NCBI GenBank assembly: GCA_964016885.1
Contig: OZ024755.1
Span: 44,640,001-44,704,000 of the forward strand
Origin: Eledone cirrhosa
Lineage: Eukaryota
DNA: 64,000 nt
Direction: 5' to 3'
Part shown: positions 29,301 to 45,800 of the stretch, piece after piece
How the letters are laid out: each line of letters opens with the position of its first letter
Numbering within the stretch: position 1 is the stretch's first letter
Translations under genes and position numbers: made by a program
The notes under the pieces: generated by a model
The model's input: the letters and a program-made list of their open reading frames with translations, nothing else
What the model was told of the DNA's origin: nothing
Database searches by the model: none

Positions 29301-32300
29301 ATACTGTGTACCACAGTTGACAGTACCAACATGTACTGTGTACCACAGTTGACAGTGCCAACATATACTGTGTACCACAGTTGACAGTACCAACATATAA
29401 CGTGTACCACAGTTGGCAGTACCATCATATACTGTGTACCACAGTTGAAAGTACCAACATATACTGTGTACCACAGTTGACAGTACCAACATATACTGTG
29501 TACCATAGTTGACAGTACCAACGTATATTGTGTACCACAGTTGACAGTACCAACATACACCGTGTACGACAGTTGACAGTACCAACATATACTGTGTACC
29601 ACAGTTGAGAGTACCAACATAAACTGTGTACCACAGTTGACAGTACCAACATATTCTGTGTACCACAGTTGACAGTACCAACATATACTGTGTACCACAG
29701 TTGACAGTACCAACATATACTGTATACCACACTTGACAGTACCAACATATACTGTGTACTACAGTTGAGAGTACCAACATATACCGTGTACCACAGTTGA
29801 CATTACCAACATATACTGTGTACCAGAGATGACAGTACCAACATATACTGTGTACCACAGTTGACAGTACTAACATATACTGTGTACTACAGTTGACATT
29901 ACCAACATATACTGTGTACCACAGTTGACAGTACCAACATGAACTGTGTACCACAGTTGACAGTGCCAACATATACTGTGTACCACATTTGGCAGTACCA
30001 ACATATACAGTGTACCTCAGTTGACAGTACCAACATATACTGTGTACCAAAGTTGACAGTACCAACGTATACTGTGTACCACAGTTGACAGTACCAAAGT
30101 ATACAGTGTACCACAGTTGACAGTACCAACGTATACTGTGCACCACAGTTGACAGTACCAACATATACTGTGTACCACAGTTGACAATACCAACATATAC
30201 TGTGTACCACAGTTGACAATACCAACACATATAGTGTACCACAGTTGACAGTACCAACGTATACTGTGTACCACAGTTGCCAATGCCAACATATACTGTG
30301 TACCACAGTTGAGAGTACCAACATATACTGTGTACCACAGTTGACAGTACCAACATATACTGTGTACCACAGTTGACAGTACCAACATATACTGTGTACC
30401 ACAGTTGACAGTACCAATGTATACTGTGTACCACAGTTGACAGTACCAACATATACTGTGCACCACAGTTGACACTACCAACATATACTGTGTACCCTAG
30501 TTGACATTACCAACGTATATTGTGTACCACAGTTGACAGTACCAACATGTACTGTGTACCACAGTTGACAGTACCAACGTATACTGTGTACCACAGTTGA
30601 CAGTACCAACGTATACTGTGTACCACAGTTGACAGTACCAACATATAACGTGTACCACAGTTGGCAGTACCATCATATACTGTGTACCACAGTTGACAGT
30701 ACCAACATATATTGTGTACCACAGTTGACAGTACCAACATATACTGTGTACCATAGTTGACATTACCAACGTATATTGTGTACCACAGTTGACAGTACCA
30801 ACATACACCGTGTACAACAGTTGACAGTACCAACATATACTGTGTACCACAGTTGCGAGTACCAACATATACTGTGTACCACAGTTGACAGTACCAACAT
30901 ATACTGTGTACCACAGTTGACAGTACCAACATATACTGTATACCACAGTTGACAGTACCAACATATACTGTGTACCACAGTTGACAGTACCAACATATAC
31001 TGTGTACCACAGTTGACAGTACCAACATATACTGTGTACCACAGTTGACAGTACTAACATATACTGTGTACTACAGTTGACAGTACCAACATATACTGTG
31101 TACCACAGTTGACAGTACCAACATGTACTGTGTACCACAGTTGACAGTACCAACATATACTGTGTACCACAGTTGGCAGTACCAACATATACAGTGTACC
31201 ACAGTTGACAGTACCAACATATACTGTGTACCACATTTGACAGTACCAACATATACTGTGTACCACAGTTGACAGTACCAACATGTACCGTGAACCACAG
31301 TTGACAGTACCAACATATACTGTGTACCACAGTTGACAGTACCAACGTATAGTGTGTACCACAGTTGACAGTACCAACATATACTGTGTACCACAGTTGA
31401 CAGTACCAACATATACTGTGTACCACAGTTCACAGTACCAAAGTATACTGTGTACCACATTTGACAGTACCAACATATACTGTGTACCACAGTTGACAGT
31501 ACCAACATATACTGTGTACCACTGTTGACAGTACCAACATATACCGTGTACCACATTTGACAGTACCAACATATACTGTGTACCACTGTTGACAGTACCA
31601 ACATATACTGTGTACCACAGTTGACAGTACCAACATGTACCGTGTACCACAGTTGACAGTACCAACGTATACTGTGTACCACAGTTGACAATACCAACAT
31701 ATACTGTGTACCACAGTTGACAGTACCAACATATAATGTGTACCTCAGTTAACAGTACCCACATATACTGTGTACCACAGTTGACAGTACCAACATATAC
31801 TGTGTACCACAGTTGACAGTATAAACATATACTGTGTACCACAGTTGACAGTACCATCATATACTGTGTACCACAGTTAACAGTACCAACATATACTGTG
31901 TACCACATTTGACAGTACCAACGTATACTGTGTACCACAGTTGACAGTACCATCATATACTGTTTACCACAGTTGATAGTACCAACGTATACTGTGTACC
32001 AGAGTTGACAGTACCAACATATACTGTGTACCACAGTTGACAGTACCAAAATATACTGTGTACCACAGCTGACACTACCAACATATACTTGTAACTCTGT
32101 TGACAGTACTAACATATACTGTGTACCACAGTTGACGGTACCAACGTATACTGTGTACCACAGTTGAAAATACCAACGTATACTGTGTACCACAGTTGAC
32201 AGTACCAACATATACTGTGTACCACAGTTGACAATACCAACATATACTGTGTACCACAGTTGACAGTACCAACGTATACTGTCTACCACAGTTGACAGTA

Positions 32301-35300
32301 CCAACATATACTGTGTACCACAGTTGACAGTACCAACATATACAGTGTACCACAGTTGACAGTACCAACATATACTGTGTACCACAGTTGACAGTACCAA
32401 CATATACTGTGTACCACAGCTGACACTACCAACATATACTTGTACCTCAGTTGACAGTACTAACATATACTATGTACCACAGTTGACAGTACCAACATAT
32501 ACTGTGTACCACAGTTGACAGTGCCAACATATACTGTGTACCACAGTTAACAGTACCAACATATACTCGGTGCCACTTTTCACAGTACCAACATATACTG
32601 TGTACCACAGTTGATAATACCAACGTATACTGTGTACCACATTTGACAGTACCAACGTATACTGTGTACCACAGTAGACAATGCCATCATATAGTGTGTA
32701 CCACAGTTGACAGTACCAATATATACTGTGTACCACAGTTGACAGTACCATCTTACACTGTGTACCACAGTTGACAGTACCAACGTATACTGTGTACCAC
32801 AGTTGAAAGTACCCACGTATACTGTGTACCACAGTTGACAGTACCAACATAGACTGTGTACCACAGTTGACAGTACCAACATATTCTGTGTACCACAGTT
32901 GACAGTACCAACATATACTGTGTACCACAGTTGACAGTACCAACATATACTGTATACCACACTTGACAGTACCAACATATACTGTGTACCACAGTTGACA
33001 GTACCAACATATACCGTGTACCACAGTTGACATTACCAACATATACTGTGTACCAGAGATGACAGTACCAACATATACTGTGTACCACAGTTGACAGTAC
33101 TAACATATACTGTGTACCACAGTTGACAGTACCAACATGAACTGTGTACCACAGTTGACAGTGCCAACATATACTGTGTACCACATTTGGCAGTACCAAC
33201 ATATACAGTGTACCTCAGTTGACAGTACCAACATATACTGTGTACCAAAGTTGACAGTACCAACGTATACTGTGTACCACAGTTGACAGTACCAAAGTAT
33301 ACAGTGTACCACAGTTGACAGTACCAACGTATGTTGTGCACCACAGTTGACAGTACCAACATATACTGTGTACCACAGTTGACAATACCAACATATACTG
33401 TGTACCACAGTTGACAATACCAACACATATAGTGTACCACAGTTGACAGTACCAACGTATACTGTGTACCACAGTTGCCAATGCCAACATATACTGTGTA
33501 CCACAGTTGACAGTACCAACATATACTGTGTACCACAGTTGACAGTACCAATGTATACTGTGTACCACAGTTGACAGTACCAACATATACTGTGCACCAC
33601 AGTTGACACTACCAACATATACTGTGTACCCTAGTTGACATTACCAACGTATATTGTGTACCACAGTTGACAGTACCAACATGTACTGTGTACCACAGTT
33701 GACAGTACCAACGTATACTGTGTACCACAGTTGACAGTACCAACGTATACTGTGTACCACAGTTGACAGTACCAACATATAACGTGTACCACAGTTGGCA
33801 GTACCATCATATACTGTGTACCACAGTTGACAGTACCAACATATATTGTGTACCACAGTTGACAGTACCAACATATACTGTGTACCATAGTTGACATTAC
33901 CAACGTATATTGTGTACCACAGTTGACAGTACCAACATACACCGTGTACAATAGTTGACAGTACCAACATATACTGTGTACCACAGTTGCGAGTACCAAC
34001 ATAAACTGTGTACCACAGTTGACAGTACCAACATATACTGTGTACCACAGTTGACAGTACCAACATATACTGTATACCACAGTTGACAGTACCAACATAT
34101 ACTGTGTACCACAGTTGACAGTACCAACATATACTGTGTACCACAGTTGACAGTACCAACATATACTGTGTACCACAGTTGACAGTACTAACATATACTG
34201 TGTACTACAGTTGACAGTACCAACATATACTGTGTACCACAGTTGACAGTACCAACATGTACTGTGTACCACAGTTGACAGTACCAACATATACTGTGTA
34301 CCACAGTTGGCAGTACCAACATATACAGTGTACCACAGTTGACAGTACCAACATATACTGTGTACCACATTTGACAGTACCAACATATACTGTGTACCAC
34401 AGTTGACAGTACCAACATGTACCGTGAACCACAGTTGACAGTACCAACATATACTGTGTACCACAGTTGACAGTACCAACGTATAGTGTGTACCACAGTT
34501 GACAATACCAACATATACTGTGTACCACAGTTGACAGTACCAACATATACTGTGTACCACAGTTCACAGTACCAAAGTATACTGTGTACCACATTTGACA
34601 GTACCAACATATACTGTGTACCACAGTTGACAGTACCAACATATACTGTGTACCACTGTTGACAGTACCAACATATACCGTGTACCACATTTGACAGTAC
34701 CAACATATACTGTGTGCCACTGTTGACAGTACCAACATATACTGTGTACCACAGTTGACAGTACCAACATGTACCGTGTACCACAGTTGACAGTACCAAC
34801 GTATACTGTGTACCACAGTTGACAATACCAACATATACTGTGTACCACAGTTGACAGTACCAACATATACTGTGTACCACAGTTGACAGTTCCAATGTAT
34901 ACTGTGTACCACTGTTGACAGTACCAAAATATACTGTGTACCACAGTTGACAGTACCAACATATACTGTGTACCAGAGATGACAGTACCAACATATACTG
35001 TGTACCACAGTTGACAGTACTAACATATACTGTGTACTACAGTTGACAGTACCAACATATACTGTGTACCACAGTTGACAGTACCAACATGTACTGTGTA
35101 CCACAGTTGACAGTGCCAACATATACTGTGTACCACAGTTGACAGTACCAACATATAACGTGTACCACAGTTGGCAGTACCATCATATACTGTGTACCAC
35201 AGTTGAAAGTACCAACATATACTGTGTACCACAGTTGACAGTACCAACATATACTGTGTACCATAGTTGACAGTACCAACGTATATTGTGTACCACAGTT

Positions 35301-38300
35301 GACAGTACCAACATACACCGTGTACGACAATTGACAGTACCAACATATACTGTGTACCACAGTTGAGAGTACCAACATAAACTGTGTACCACAGTTGACA
35401 GTACCAACATATTCTGTGTACCACAGTTGACAGTACCAACATATACTGTGTACCAAAGTTGACAGTACCAACATATACTGTATACCACACTTGACATTAC
35501 CAACATATACTGTGTACCACAGTTGACAGTACCAACATATACCGTGTACCACAGTTGACATTACCAACATATACTGTGTACCAGAGATGACAGTACCAAC
35601 ATATACTGTGTACCACAGTTGACAGTACTAACATATACTGTGTACTACAGTTGACATTACCAACATATACTGTGTACCACAGTTGACAGTACCAACATGA
35701 ACTGTGTACCACAGTTGACAGTGCCAACATATACTGTGTACCACATTTGGCAGTACCAACATATACAGTGTACCTCAGTTGACAGTACCAACATATACTG
35801 TGTACCAAAGTTGACAGTACCAACGTATACTGTGTACCACAGTTGACAGTACCAAAGTATACAGTGTACCACAGTTGACAGTACCAACGTATACTGTGCA
35901 CCACAGTTGACAGTACCAACATATACTGTGTACCACAGTTGACAATACCAACATATACTGTGTACCACAGTTGACAATACCAACACATATAGTGTACCAC
36001 AGTTGACAGTACCAACGTATACTGTGTACCACAGTTGCCAATGCCAACATATACTGTGTACCACAGTTGAGAGTACCAACATATACTGTGTACCACAGTT
36101 GACAGTACCAACATATACTGTGTACCACAGTTGACAGTACCAACATATACTGTGTACCACAGTTGACAGTACCAATGTATACTGTGTACCACAGTTGACA
36201 GTACCAACATATACTGTGCACCACAGTTGACACTACCAACATATACTGTGTACCCTAGTTGACATTACCAACGTATATTGTGTACCACAGTTGACAGTAC
36301 CAACATGTACTGTGTACCACAGTTGACAGTACCAACGTATACTGTGTACCACAGTTGACAGTACCAACGTATACTGTGTACCACAGTTGACAGTACCAAC
36401 ATATAACGTGTACCACAGTTGGCAGTACCATCATATACTGTGTACCACAGTTGACAGTACCAACATATATTGTGTACCACAGTTGACAGTACCAACATAT
36501 ACTGTGTACCATAGTTGACATTACCAACGTATATTGTGTACCACAGTTGACAGTACCAACATACACCGTGTACAACAGTTGACAGTACCAACATATACTG
36601 TGTACCACAGTTGCGAGTACCAACATAAACTGTGTACCACAGTTGACAGTACCAACATATACTGTGTACCACAGTTGACAGTACCAACATATACTGTATA
36701 CCACAGTTGACAGTACCAACATATACTGTGTACCACAGTTGACAGTACCAACATATACTGTGTACCACAGTTGACAGTACCAACATATACTGTGTACCAC
36801 AGTTGACAGTACTAACATATACTGTGTACTACAGTTGACAGTACCAACATATACTGTGTACCACAGTTGACAGTACCAACATGTACTGTGTACCACAGTT
36901 GACAGTACCAACATATACTGTGTACCACAGTTGGCAGTACCAACATATACAGTGTACCACAGTTGACAGTACCAACATATACTGTGTACCACATTTGACA
37001 GTACCAACATATACTGTGTACCACAGTTGACAGTACCAACATGTACCGTGAACCACAGTTGACAGTACCAACATATACTGTGTACCACAGTTGACAGTAC
37101 CAACGTATAGTGTGTACCACAGTTGACAGTACCAACATATACTGTGTACCACAGTTGACAGTACCAACATATACTGTGTACCACAGTTCACAGTACCAAA
37201 GTATACTGTGTACCACATTTGACAGTACCAACATATACTGTGTACCACAGTTGACAGTACCAACATGTACCGTGTACCACAGTTGACAGTACCAACGTAT
37301 ACTGTGTACCACAGTTGACAATACCAACATATACTGTGTACCACAGTTGACAGTAACAACATATACTGTGTACCACAGTTGACAGTTCCAATGTATACTG
37401 TGTACCACTGTTGACAGTACCAAAATATACTGTGTACCACAGTTGACAGTACCAACATATACTGTGTACCAGAGATGACAGTACCAACATATACTGTGTA
37501 CCACAGTTGACAGTACTAACATATACTGTGTACTACAGTTGACCGTACCAACATATACTGTGTACCACAGTTGACAGTACCAACATGTACTGTGTACCAC
37601 AGTTGACAGTGCCAACATATACTGTGTACCACAGTTGACAGTACCAACATATAACGTGTACCACAGTTGGCAGTACCATCATATACTGTGTACCACAGTT
37701 GAAAGTACCAACATATACTGTGTACCACAGTTGACAGTACCAACATATACTGTGTACCATAGTTGACAGTACCAACGTATATTGTGTACCACAGTTGACA
37801 GTACCAACATACACCGTGTACGACAATTGACAGTACCAACATATACTGTGTACCACAGTTGAGAGTACCAACATAAACTGTGTACCACAGTTGACAGTAC
37901 CAACATATTCTGTGTACCACAGTTGACAGTACCAACATATACTGTGTACCAAAGTTGACAGTACCAACATATACTGTATACCACACTTGACAGTACCAAC
38001 ATATACTGTGTACCACAGTTGACAGTACCAACATATACCGTGTACCACAGTTGACATTACCAACATATACTGTGTACCAGAGATGACAGTACCAACATAT
38101 ACTGTGTACCACAGTTGACAGTACTAACATATACTGTGTACTACAGTTGACATTACCAACATATACTGTGTACCACAGTTGACAGTACCAACATGAACTG
38201 TGTACCACAGTTGACAGTGCCAACATATACTGTGTACCACATTTGGCAGTACCAACATATACAGTGTACCTCAGTTGACAGTACCAACATATACTGTGTA

Positions 38301-41050
38301 CCAAAGTTGACAGTACCAACGTATACTGTGTACCACAGTTGACAGTACCAAAGTATACAGTGTACCACAGTTGACAGTACCAACGTATACTGTGCACCAC
38401 AGTTGACAGTACCAACATATACTGTGTACCACAGTTGACAATACCAACATATACTGTGTACCACAGTTGACAATACCAACACATATAGTGTACCACAGTT
38501 GACAGTACCAACGTATACTGTGTACCACAGTTGCCAATGCCAACATATACTGTGTACCACAGTTGAGAGTACCAACATATACTGTGTACCACAGTTGACA
38601 GTACCAACATATACTGTGTACCACAGTTGACAGTACCAACATATACTGTGTACCACAGTTGACAGTACCAATGTATACTGTGTACCACAGTTGACAGTAC
38701 CAACATATACTGTGCACCACAGTTGACACTACCAACATATACTGTGTACCCTAGTTGACATTACCAACGTATATTGTGTACCACAGTTGACAGTACCAAC
38801 ATGTACTGTGTACCACAGTTGACAGTACCAACGTATACTGTGTACCACAGTTGACAGTACCAACGTATACTGTGTACCACAGTTGACAGTACCAACATAT
38901 AACGTGTACCACAGTTGGCAGTACCATCATATACTGTGTACCACAGTTGACAGTACCAACATATATTGTGTACCACAGTTGACAGTACCAACATATACTG
39001 TGTACCATAGTTGACATTACCAACGTATATTGTGTACCACAGTTGACAGTACCAACATACACCGTGTACAACAGTTGACAGTACCAACATATACTGTGTA
39101 CCACAGTTGCGAGTACCAACATAAACTGTGTACCACAGTTGACAGTACCAACATATACTGTGTACCACAGTTGACAGTACCAACATATACTGTATACCAC
39201 AGTTGACAGTACCAACATATACTGTGTACCACAGTTGACAGTACCAACATATACTGTGTACCACAGTTGACAGTACCAACATATACTGTGTACCACAGTT
39301 GACAGTACTAACATATACTGTGTACTACAGTTGACAGTACCAACATATACTGTGTACCACAGTTGACAGTACCAAGATGTACTGTGTACCACAGTTGACA
39401 GTACCAACATATACTGTGTACCACAGTTGGCAGTACCAACATATACAGTGTACCACAGTTGACAGTACCAACATATACTGTGTACCACATTTGACAGTAC
39501 CAACATATACTGTGTACCACAGTTGACAGTACCAACATGTACCGTGAACCACAGTTGACAGTACCAACATATACTGTGTACCACAGTTGACAGTACCAAC
39601 GTATAGTGTGTACCACAGTTGACAGTACCAACATATACTGTGTACCACAGTTGACAGTACCAACATATACTGTGTACCACAGTTCACAGTACCAAAGTAT
39701 ACTGTGTACCACATTTGACAGTACCAACATATACTGTGTACCACAGTTGACAGTACCAACATATACTGTGTACCACTGTTGACAGTACCAACATATACCG
39801 TGTACCACATTTGACAGTACCAACATATACTGTGTACCACTGTTGACAGTACCAACATATACTGTGTACCACAGTTGACAGTACCAACATGTACCGTGTA
39901 CCACAGTTGACAGTACCAACGTATACTGTGTACCACAGTTGACAATACCAACATATACTGTGTACCACAGTTGACAGTACCAACATATACTGTGTACCTC
40001 AGTTAACAGTACCCACATATACTGTGTACCACAGTTGACAGTACCAACATATACTGTGTACCACAGTTGACAGTATAAACATATACTGTGTACCACAGTT
40101 GACAGTACCATCATATACTGTGTACCACAGTTAACAGTAACAACATATACTGTGTACCATATTTGACAGTACCAACGTATACTGTGTACCACAGTTGACA
40201 GTACCATCATATACTGTTTACCACAGTTGATAGTACCAACGTATACTGTGTACCAGAGTTGACAGTACCAACCTATACTGTGTACCACAGTTGACAGTAC
40301 CAAAATATACTGTGTACCACAGCTGACACTACCAACATATACTTGTAACTCTGTTGACAGTACTAACATACACTGTGTACCACAGTTGACGGTACCAACG
40401 TATACTGTGTACCACAGTTGAAAATACCAACGTATACTGTGTACCACAGTTGACAGTACCAACATATACTGTGTACAGCAGTTGACAATACCAACATATA
40501 CTGTGTACCACAGTTGACAGTACCAACGTATACTGTCTACCACAGTTGACAGTACCAACATATACTGTGTACCACAGTTGACAGTACCAACATATACAGT
40601 GTACCACAGTTGACAGTACCAACATATACTGTGTACCACAGTTGACAGTACCAACATATACTGTGTACCACAGCTGACACTACCAACATATACTTGTACC
40701 TCAGTTGACAGTACTAACATATACTATGTACCACAGTTGACAGTACCAACATATACTGTGTACCACAGTTGACAGTGCCAACATATACTGTGTACCACAG
40801 TTAACAGTACCAACATATACTCGGTGCCACTTTTCACAGTACCAACATATACTGTGTACCACAGTTGACAATACCAACGTATACTGTGTACCACATTTGA
40901 CAGTACCAACGTATACTGTGTACCACAGTTGACAATGCCATCATATAGTGTGTACCACAGTTGACAGTACCAATATATACTGTGTACCACAGTTGACAGT
41001 ACCATCTTACACTGTGTACCACAGTTGACAGTACCAACATATACTGTGTA
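26400..41050. repeat. Higher-order repeat domain: about 2.5-3.1 kb units (82-mer, 78-mer and a 3,134-bp variant)
   Basis: Marker CCCTAGTTGACATT at 27871, 30495, 33629, 36253 and 38749 (spacings 2624 = 82x32, 3134, 2624, 2496 = 78x32). Near-identical 309-aa pseudo-ORFs at 27873, 30497, 33631, 36255 and 38751. The 470-aa pseudo-ORFs at 31054 and 39308 are offset by 8254. Confidence 0.93.
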
Positions 41051-42299
41051 CCACAGTTGACAGTACAAACGTATACTGTGTACCACAGTTGACAATACCA
41101 ACATATACTGTGTACCACAGTTGACAGTACCAACATATACTGTATACCACAGTTGACAGTACCGACATATACTGTGTACCACAGTTGACAGTACCAACAT
41201 ATACTGTGTACCACAGTTGACAGTACCAACATATACTGTATACCACAGTCGACAGTACCAACATATACTGTGCACCAGTGTTGACAGTACCAACATATAC
41301 TGTGTACCACAGTTGACAGTACCAACATATACTGTGTACCACAGCTGACACTACCAAAATATACTTGTACCTCAGTTGACAGTACTAACATATATTGTGT
41401 ACCACCGTTGACAGTACCAACGTATACTGTGTACCACAGTTGAAAGTACCAACGTATACTGTGTACCACAGTTGACAGTACCAACATATACTGTGTACCA
41501 CAGTTGACGATACCAACATATATGGTGTACCACAGTTGACAGTACCAACGTATACTGTGTACCACTGGTGACAGTACCAACATATACTGTGTACCACGTT
41601 TGACAGTACCAACATATACAGTGAACCACAGTTGACAGTACCAACATATACTGTGTACCACAGCTGACACTACCAACATATACATGTGCCACTTTTCACA
41701 GTACCAACATATACTGTGTACCACAGTTGACAATGCCATCATATAGTGTGTACCACAGTTGACAGTACCAACATATACTGTGTACCACAGTTGACAGTAC
41801 CATCTTATACTGTGTACCACAGTTGACAGTACCAACGTATACTGTGTACCACAGTTGAAAGTACCAACGTATACTGTGTACCACAGTTGACAGTACCAAC
41901 ATATACTGTGTACCACAGTTGACAGTACCAACGTATACTGTGTACCACAGTTGACAATACCAATGTATACTGTGTACCACAGTTGACAGTACCAACATAT
42001 ATTGTGTACCACATTTGACAATACCAACATATACTGTGTACCACAGTTGACAATACCAACACATACTGTGTACCACAGTTGACAGTACCAACGTATACTG
42101 TGTACCACAGTTGCCAATGCCAACATATACTGTGTACCACAGTTGACAGTACCAACATATACTGTGTACCACAGTTGAAAGTACCAACATATACTGTGTA
42201 CCACAGTTGACTGTATCAACATATACTGTGAACCACAGTTGACAGTACCAATGTATACTGTGTACCACTGTTGACAGTACCAAAACATACTGTGTACCA

Positions 42300-45200
42300 C
42301 AGTTGACAGTACCAACGTATAGTGTGTACCACAGTTGACAGTACCAACATATATTGTGTACCACAGTTGAGAGTACCAATATATACTGTGTACCTCAGTT
42401 GACGATATCAACATATACTGTGTACCACAGTTGACAGTACCAACATATACTGTGTACCAGAGTTGACAGTACTAACATATACTGTGTACCACAGTTGACA
42501 GTACCATCATATATTGTGTACCACATTTGACACTACCAACATAAACTGTGTACCACAGTTGACAGTACAAACATATACTGTGTACCACAGTTGAAAGTAC
42601 CAACGTATACTGTGTACCACAGTTGACAGTACCAACATATAGTGTGTACCACAGTTGACAGTACCAACATATACTGTGTACCACAGTTGACAGTACCAAC
42701 GTATACTGTGTACCACAGTTGTCCGTACCAACATATAATATATACCACAGTTGAGAGTACCAACGTATATGTGTACAACATATTGACAGTACCAACATAT
42801 ACTGTGTACCACATTTGACAGTACCATCATATACTGACTACCACAGTTGACAGTACCAACGTATACTGTGTACCAGAGTTAACAGTACCAACATATACTG
42901 TGTACCACTGTTGACAGTATCAACATATACTGTGTACCAGAGTTGACAGCACCAACATATACTGTGTACCACAGTTGACAGTAGCAACATATACTGTGTA
43001 TCACAGTTGACAGTACCAACATATATAGTGTACCAGAGTTGACAGTACCAACATATACTGTGTACCACTGTTGACAGTACCAACATATACTGTGTACCAC
43101 AGTTGACAGTACCAACGTATACTGTGTACCACAGTTGACAGTACCAACTTATACTGTGTACCACAGTTGACAGTACTAATATATACTGTATACCAAAGTT
43201 GAGAGTACCAACATATACTGTGTACCACAGTTGACAGTACTAACATATACTGTGTACCACAGTTGACAGTATCCACGTATGTGTACCACAGTTGACAGTA
43301 TCAACGTATATCTGTACCACATATTGACAGTACCAACATATACTGTGTACCACAGTTGACAGTACCAACGTATAATGTGTACCACAGTTGAGAGTACCAA
43401 CGTATACTGTGTACCACAGTTGACAGTACCAACATATACTGTGTACCACAGTTGACAGTACCAATGTATACTGTGTACCACAGTTGACATTACCAAGGTA
43501 TACTGTGTACAAACAGTGGACAGTACCAACGTATATGTGTACAACATATTGACAGTACCAACATATACTGTGTACCACAGTTGACAGTACCAACATATAC
43601 TGTGTACCACAGTTGACAGTACCAACATATACTGTGTACCACAGTTGACAGTACCAACGTATACTGTGTACCACAGTTGATAGTACCAACATATACTGTG
43701 TACCACAGTTGGCAGTAACAACATATACTGTGTACCACAGTTGAGAGTACCAACATATACTGTGTACCAGAGTTGACAGTACCAACATATATTGTGTACC
43801 ACAGTTGACAGTACCAACATATACTGGGTGCCACTGTTCACAGTACCAACATATACTGTGTACCACATTTGACAATACCAACGTATTCTGTGTACCACAG
43901 TTGACAATACCATCATATAGGGTGTACCACAGTTGACAGTACCAACATATACTGTGTACCACATTTGACAGTACCATCATATACTGACTACCACAGTTGA
44001 CAGTACCAACGTATAATGTGTACCAGAGTTAACAGTACCAACATATACAGTGTACCACTGTTGACAGTACCAACATATACTGTGTACCAGAGTTGACAGT
44101 ACCAACATATTCTGTGTACCACAGTTGACAGTACCAACATATACTGTGTATCACAGTTGACAGTACTAACATATACTGTGTACCAGAGTTGACAGTACCA
44201 ACATATACTGTTTACCACAGTTGACAGTACCAACGTATACTGTGTACCAATGTTGACAGTACCAACGTATACTGTGTACCACAGTTAACAGTACCAACAT
44301 ATACTGTGTACCACAGTTGACAGTACCAACGTATACTGTGTACCACTGTTGACAGTACCAACATATACAGTGTAACACAGTTGACAGTACCAACATATAC
44401 TGTGTACCACAGTTGACAGTACCAACATATACTGTGTACCATAGTTGTCAGTACCAACATATACTGTGTACCACAGTTGACAGTAACAACATATACTGTG
44501 TACCATAGTTGACGGTACGAACGTATACTGTGTACCACAGTTGACAGTACCAACATATACCGTGTACAACAGTTGACAGTACCAACATATATTGTGTACC
44601 AGATTTGACAGTACCAACATATACTGTGTACCACTGTTGACAGTACCAACATATACTGTGTACCACAGTTGACAGTACCAACGTATACTGTGTACCAGAG
44701 TTAACAGTACCAACATATACTGTGTACTACTGTTGACAGTACCAACATATACTGTGTACCACAGTTGACAGTACCAACGTATACTGTGTACCACAATTGA
44801 CAGTACCAACATATACAGTGTACCAGAGTTGACAGTACTAATATATAATGTGTACCACAGTTGACAGTAATAACATATACTGTGTACCACAGTTGACAGT
44901 ATCCACGTATATGTGTACCACATATTCACAGTACCAACATATACTGTGTACCACAGTTGAGAGTACCAACGTATACTGTGTACCACAGTTGACAGTACCA
45001 ACGTATACTGTGTACCACAGTTGACAGTACCAACATATACTGTGTACCACAGTTGACAGTACCAACGTATAGTGTGTACCAAAGTTGACAGTATCAACGT
45101 ATATGTGTACCACATATTGACAGTACCAACATATACTGTGTACCACAGGTGACAGTACCAACGTATACTGTGTACCACAGTTGACAGTACCAACGTATAC

Positions 45201-45800
45201 TGTGTACAACAGTTGACAGTACCAACATATACTGTGTACCTCAGTTGACAGTAGCAACATATACTGTGTACCTCAGTTGACAGTATAAACATATACTGTG
45301 TACCACAGTTGACAGTACCAACATATACTGTGTACCATAGTTGACAGTACTAACATATACTGTGTACCACATTTGACAGTACCAACATATACTGTGTACC
45401 TCAGTTCACAGTATCAACATATAATGTGTACCACATTTGACAGTAACAACATATACTGTGTACCACAGTTTAGAGTACCAACATATACTGTGTATCACAG
45501 TTGACAGTACCAACATATACCGTGTACCACAGTTGAGAGTACCTACATATACTGTGTACCACAGTTGACAGTACCAACATATACTGTGTACCACAGTTGA
45601 CAGTACCAACATATACTGTGTACCAGAGTTGACAGTACCAACATATACTGTGTACCACAGTTGACAGTACCAACATATACCGTGTACCACAGTTGACAGT
45701 ACCAACGTATACTGTGTACCACAGTTGACTGTACCAACATATAATGTGTACCACCGTTGACAGTACCAACATATACTGTGTAACAGTTGACAGTACCAAC
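42300..45800. repeat. Sub-family B satellite block, paralog of about 54,050-57,360 (offset 11.5-11.7 kb)
   Basis: The CTGACTACCAC marker at about 42836/54535 and 43986/55523, and the 30-bp monomer TGTGTAACAGTTGA at about 45777 and 57346. ORF pairs 43988/55525 and 44212/55749 (offset 11537) and 45406/56975 (offset 11569). Confidence 0.85.
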
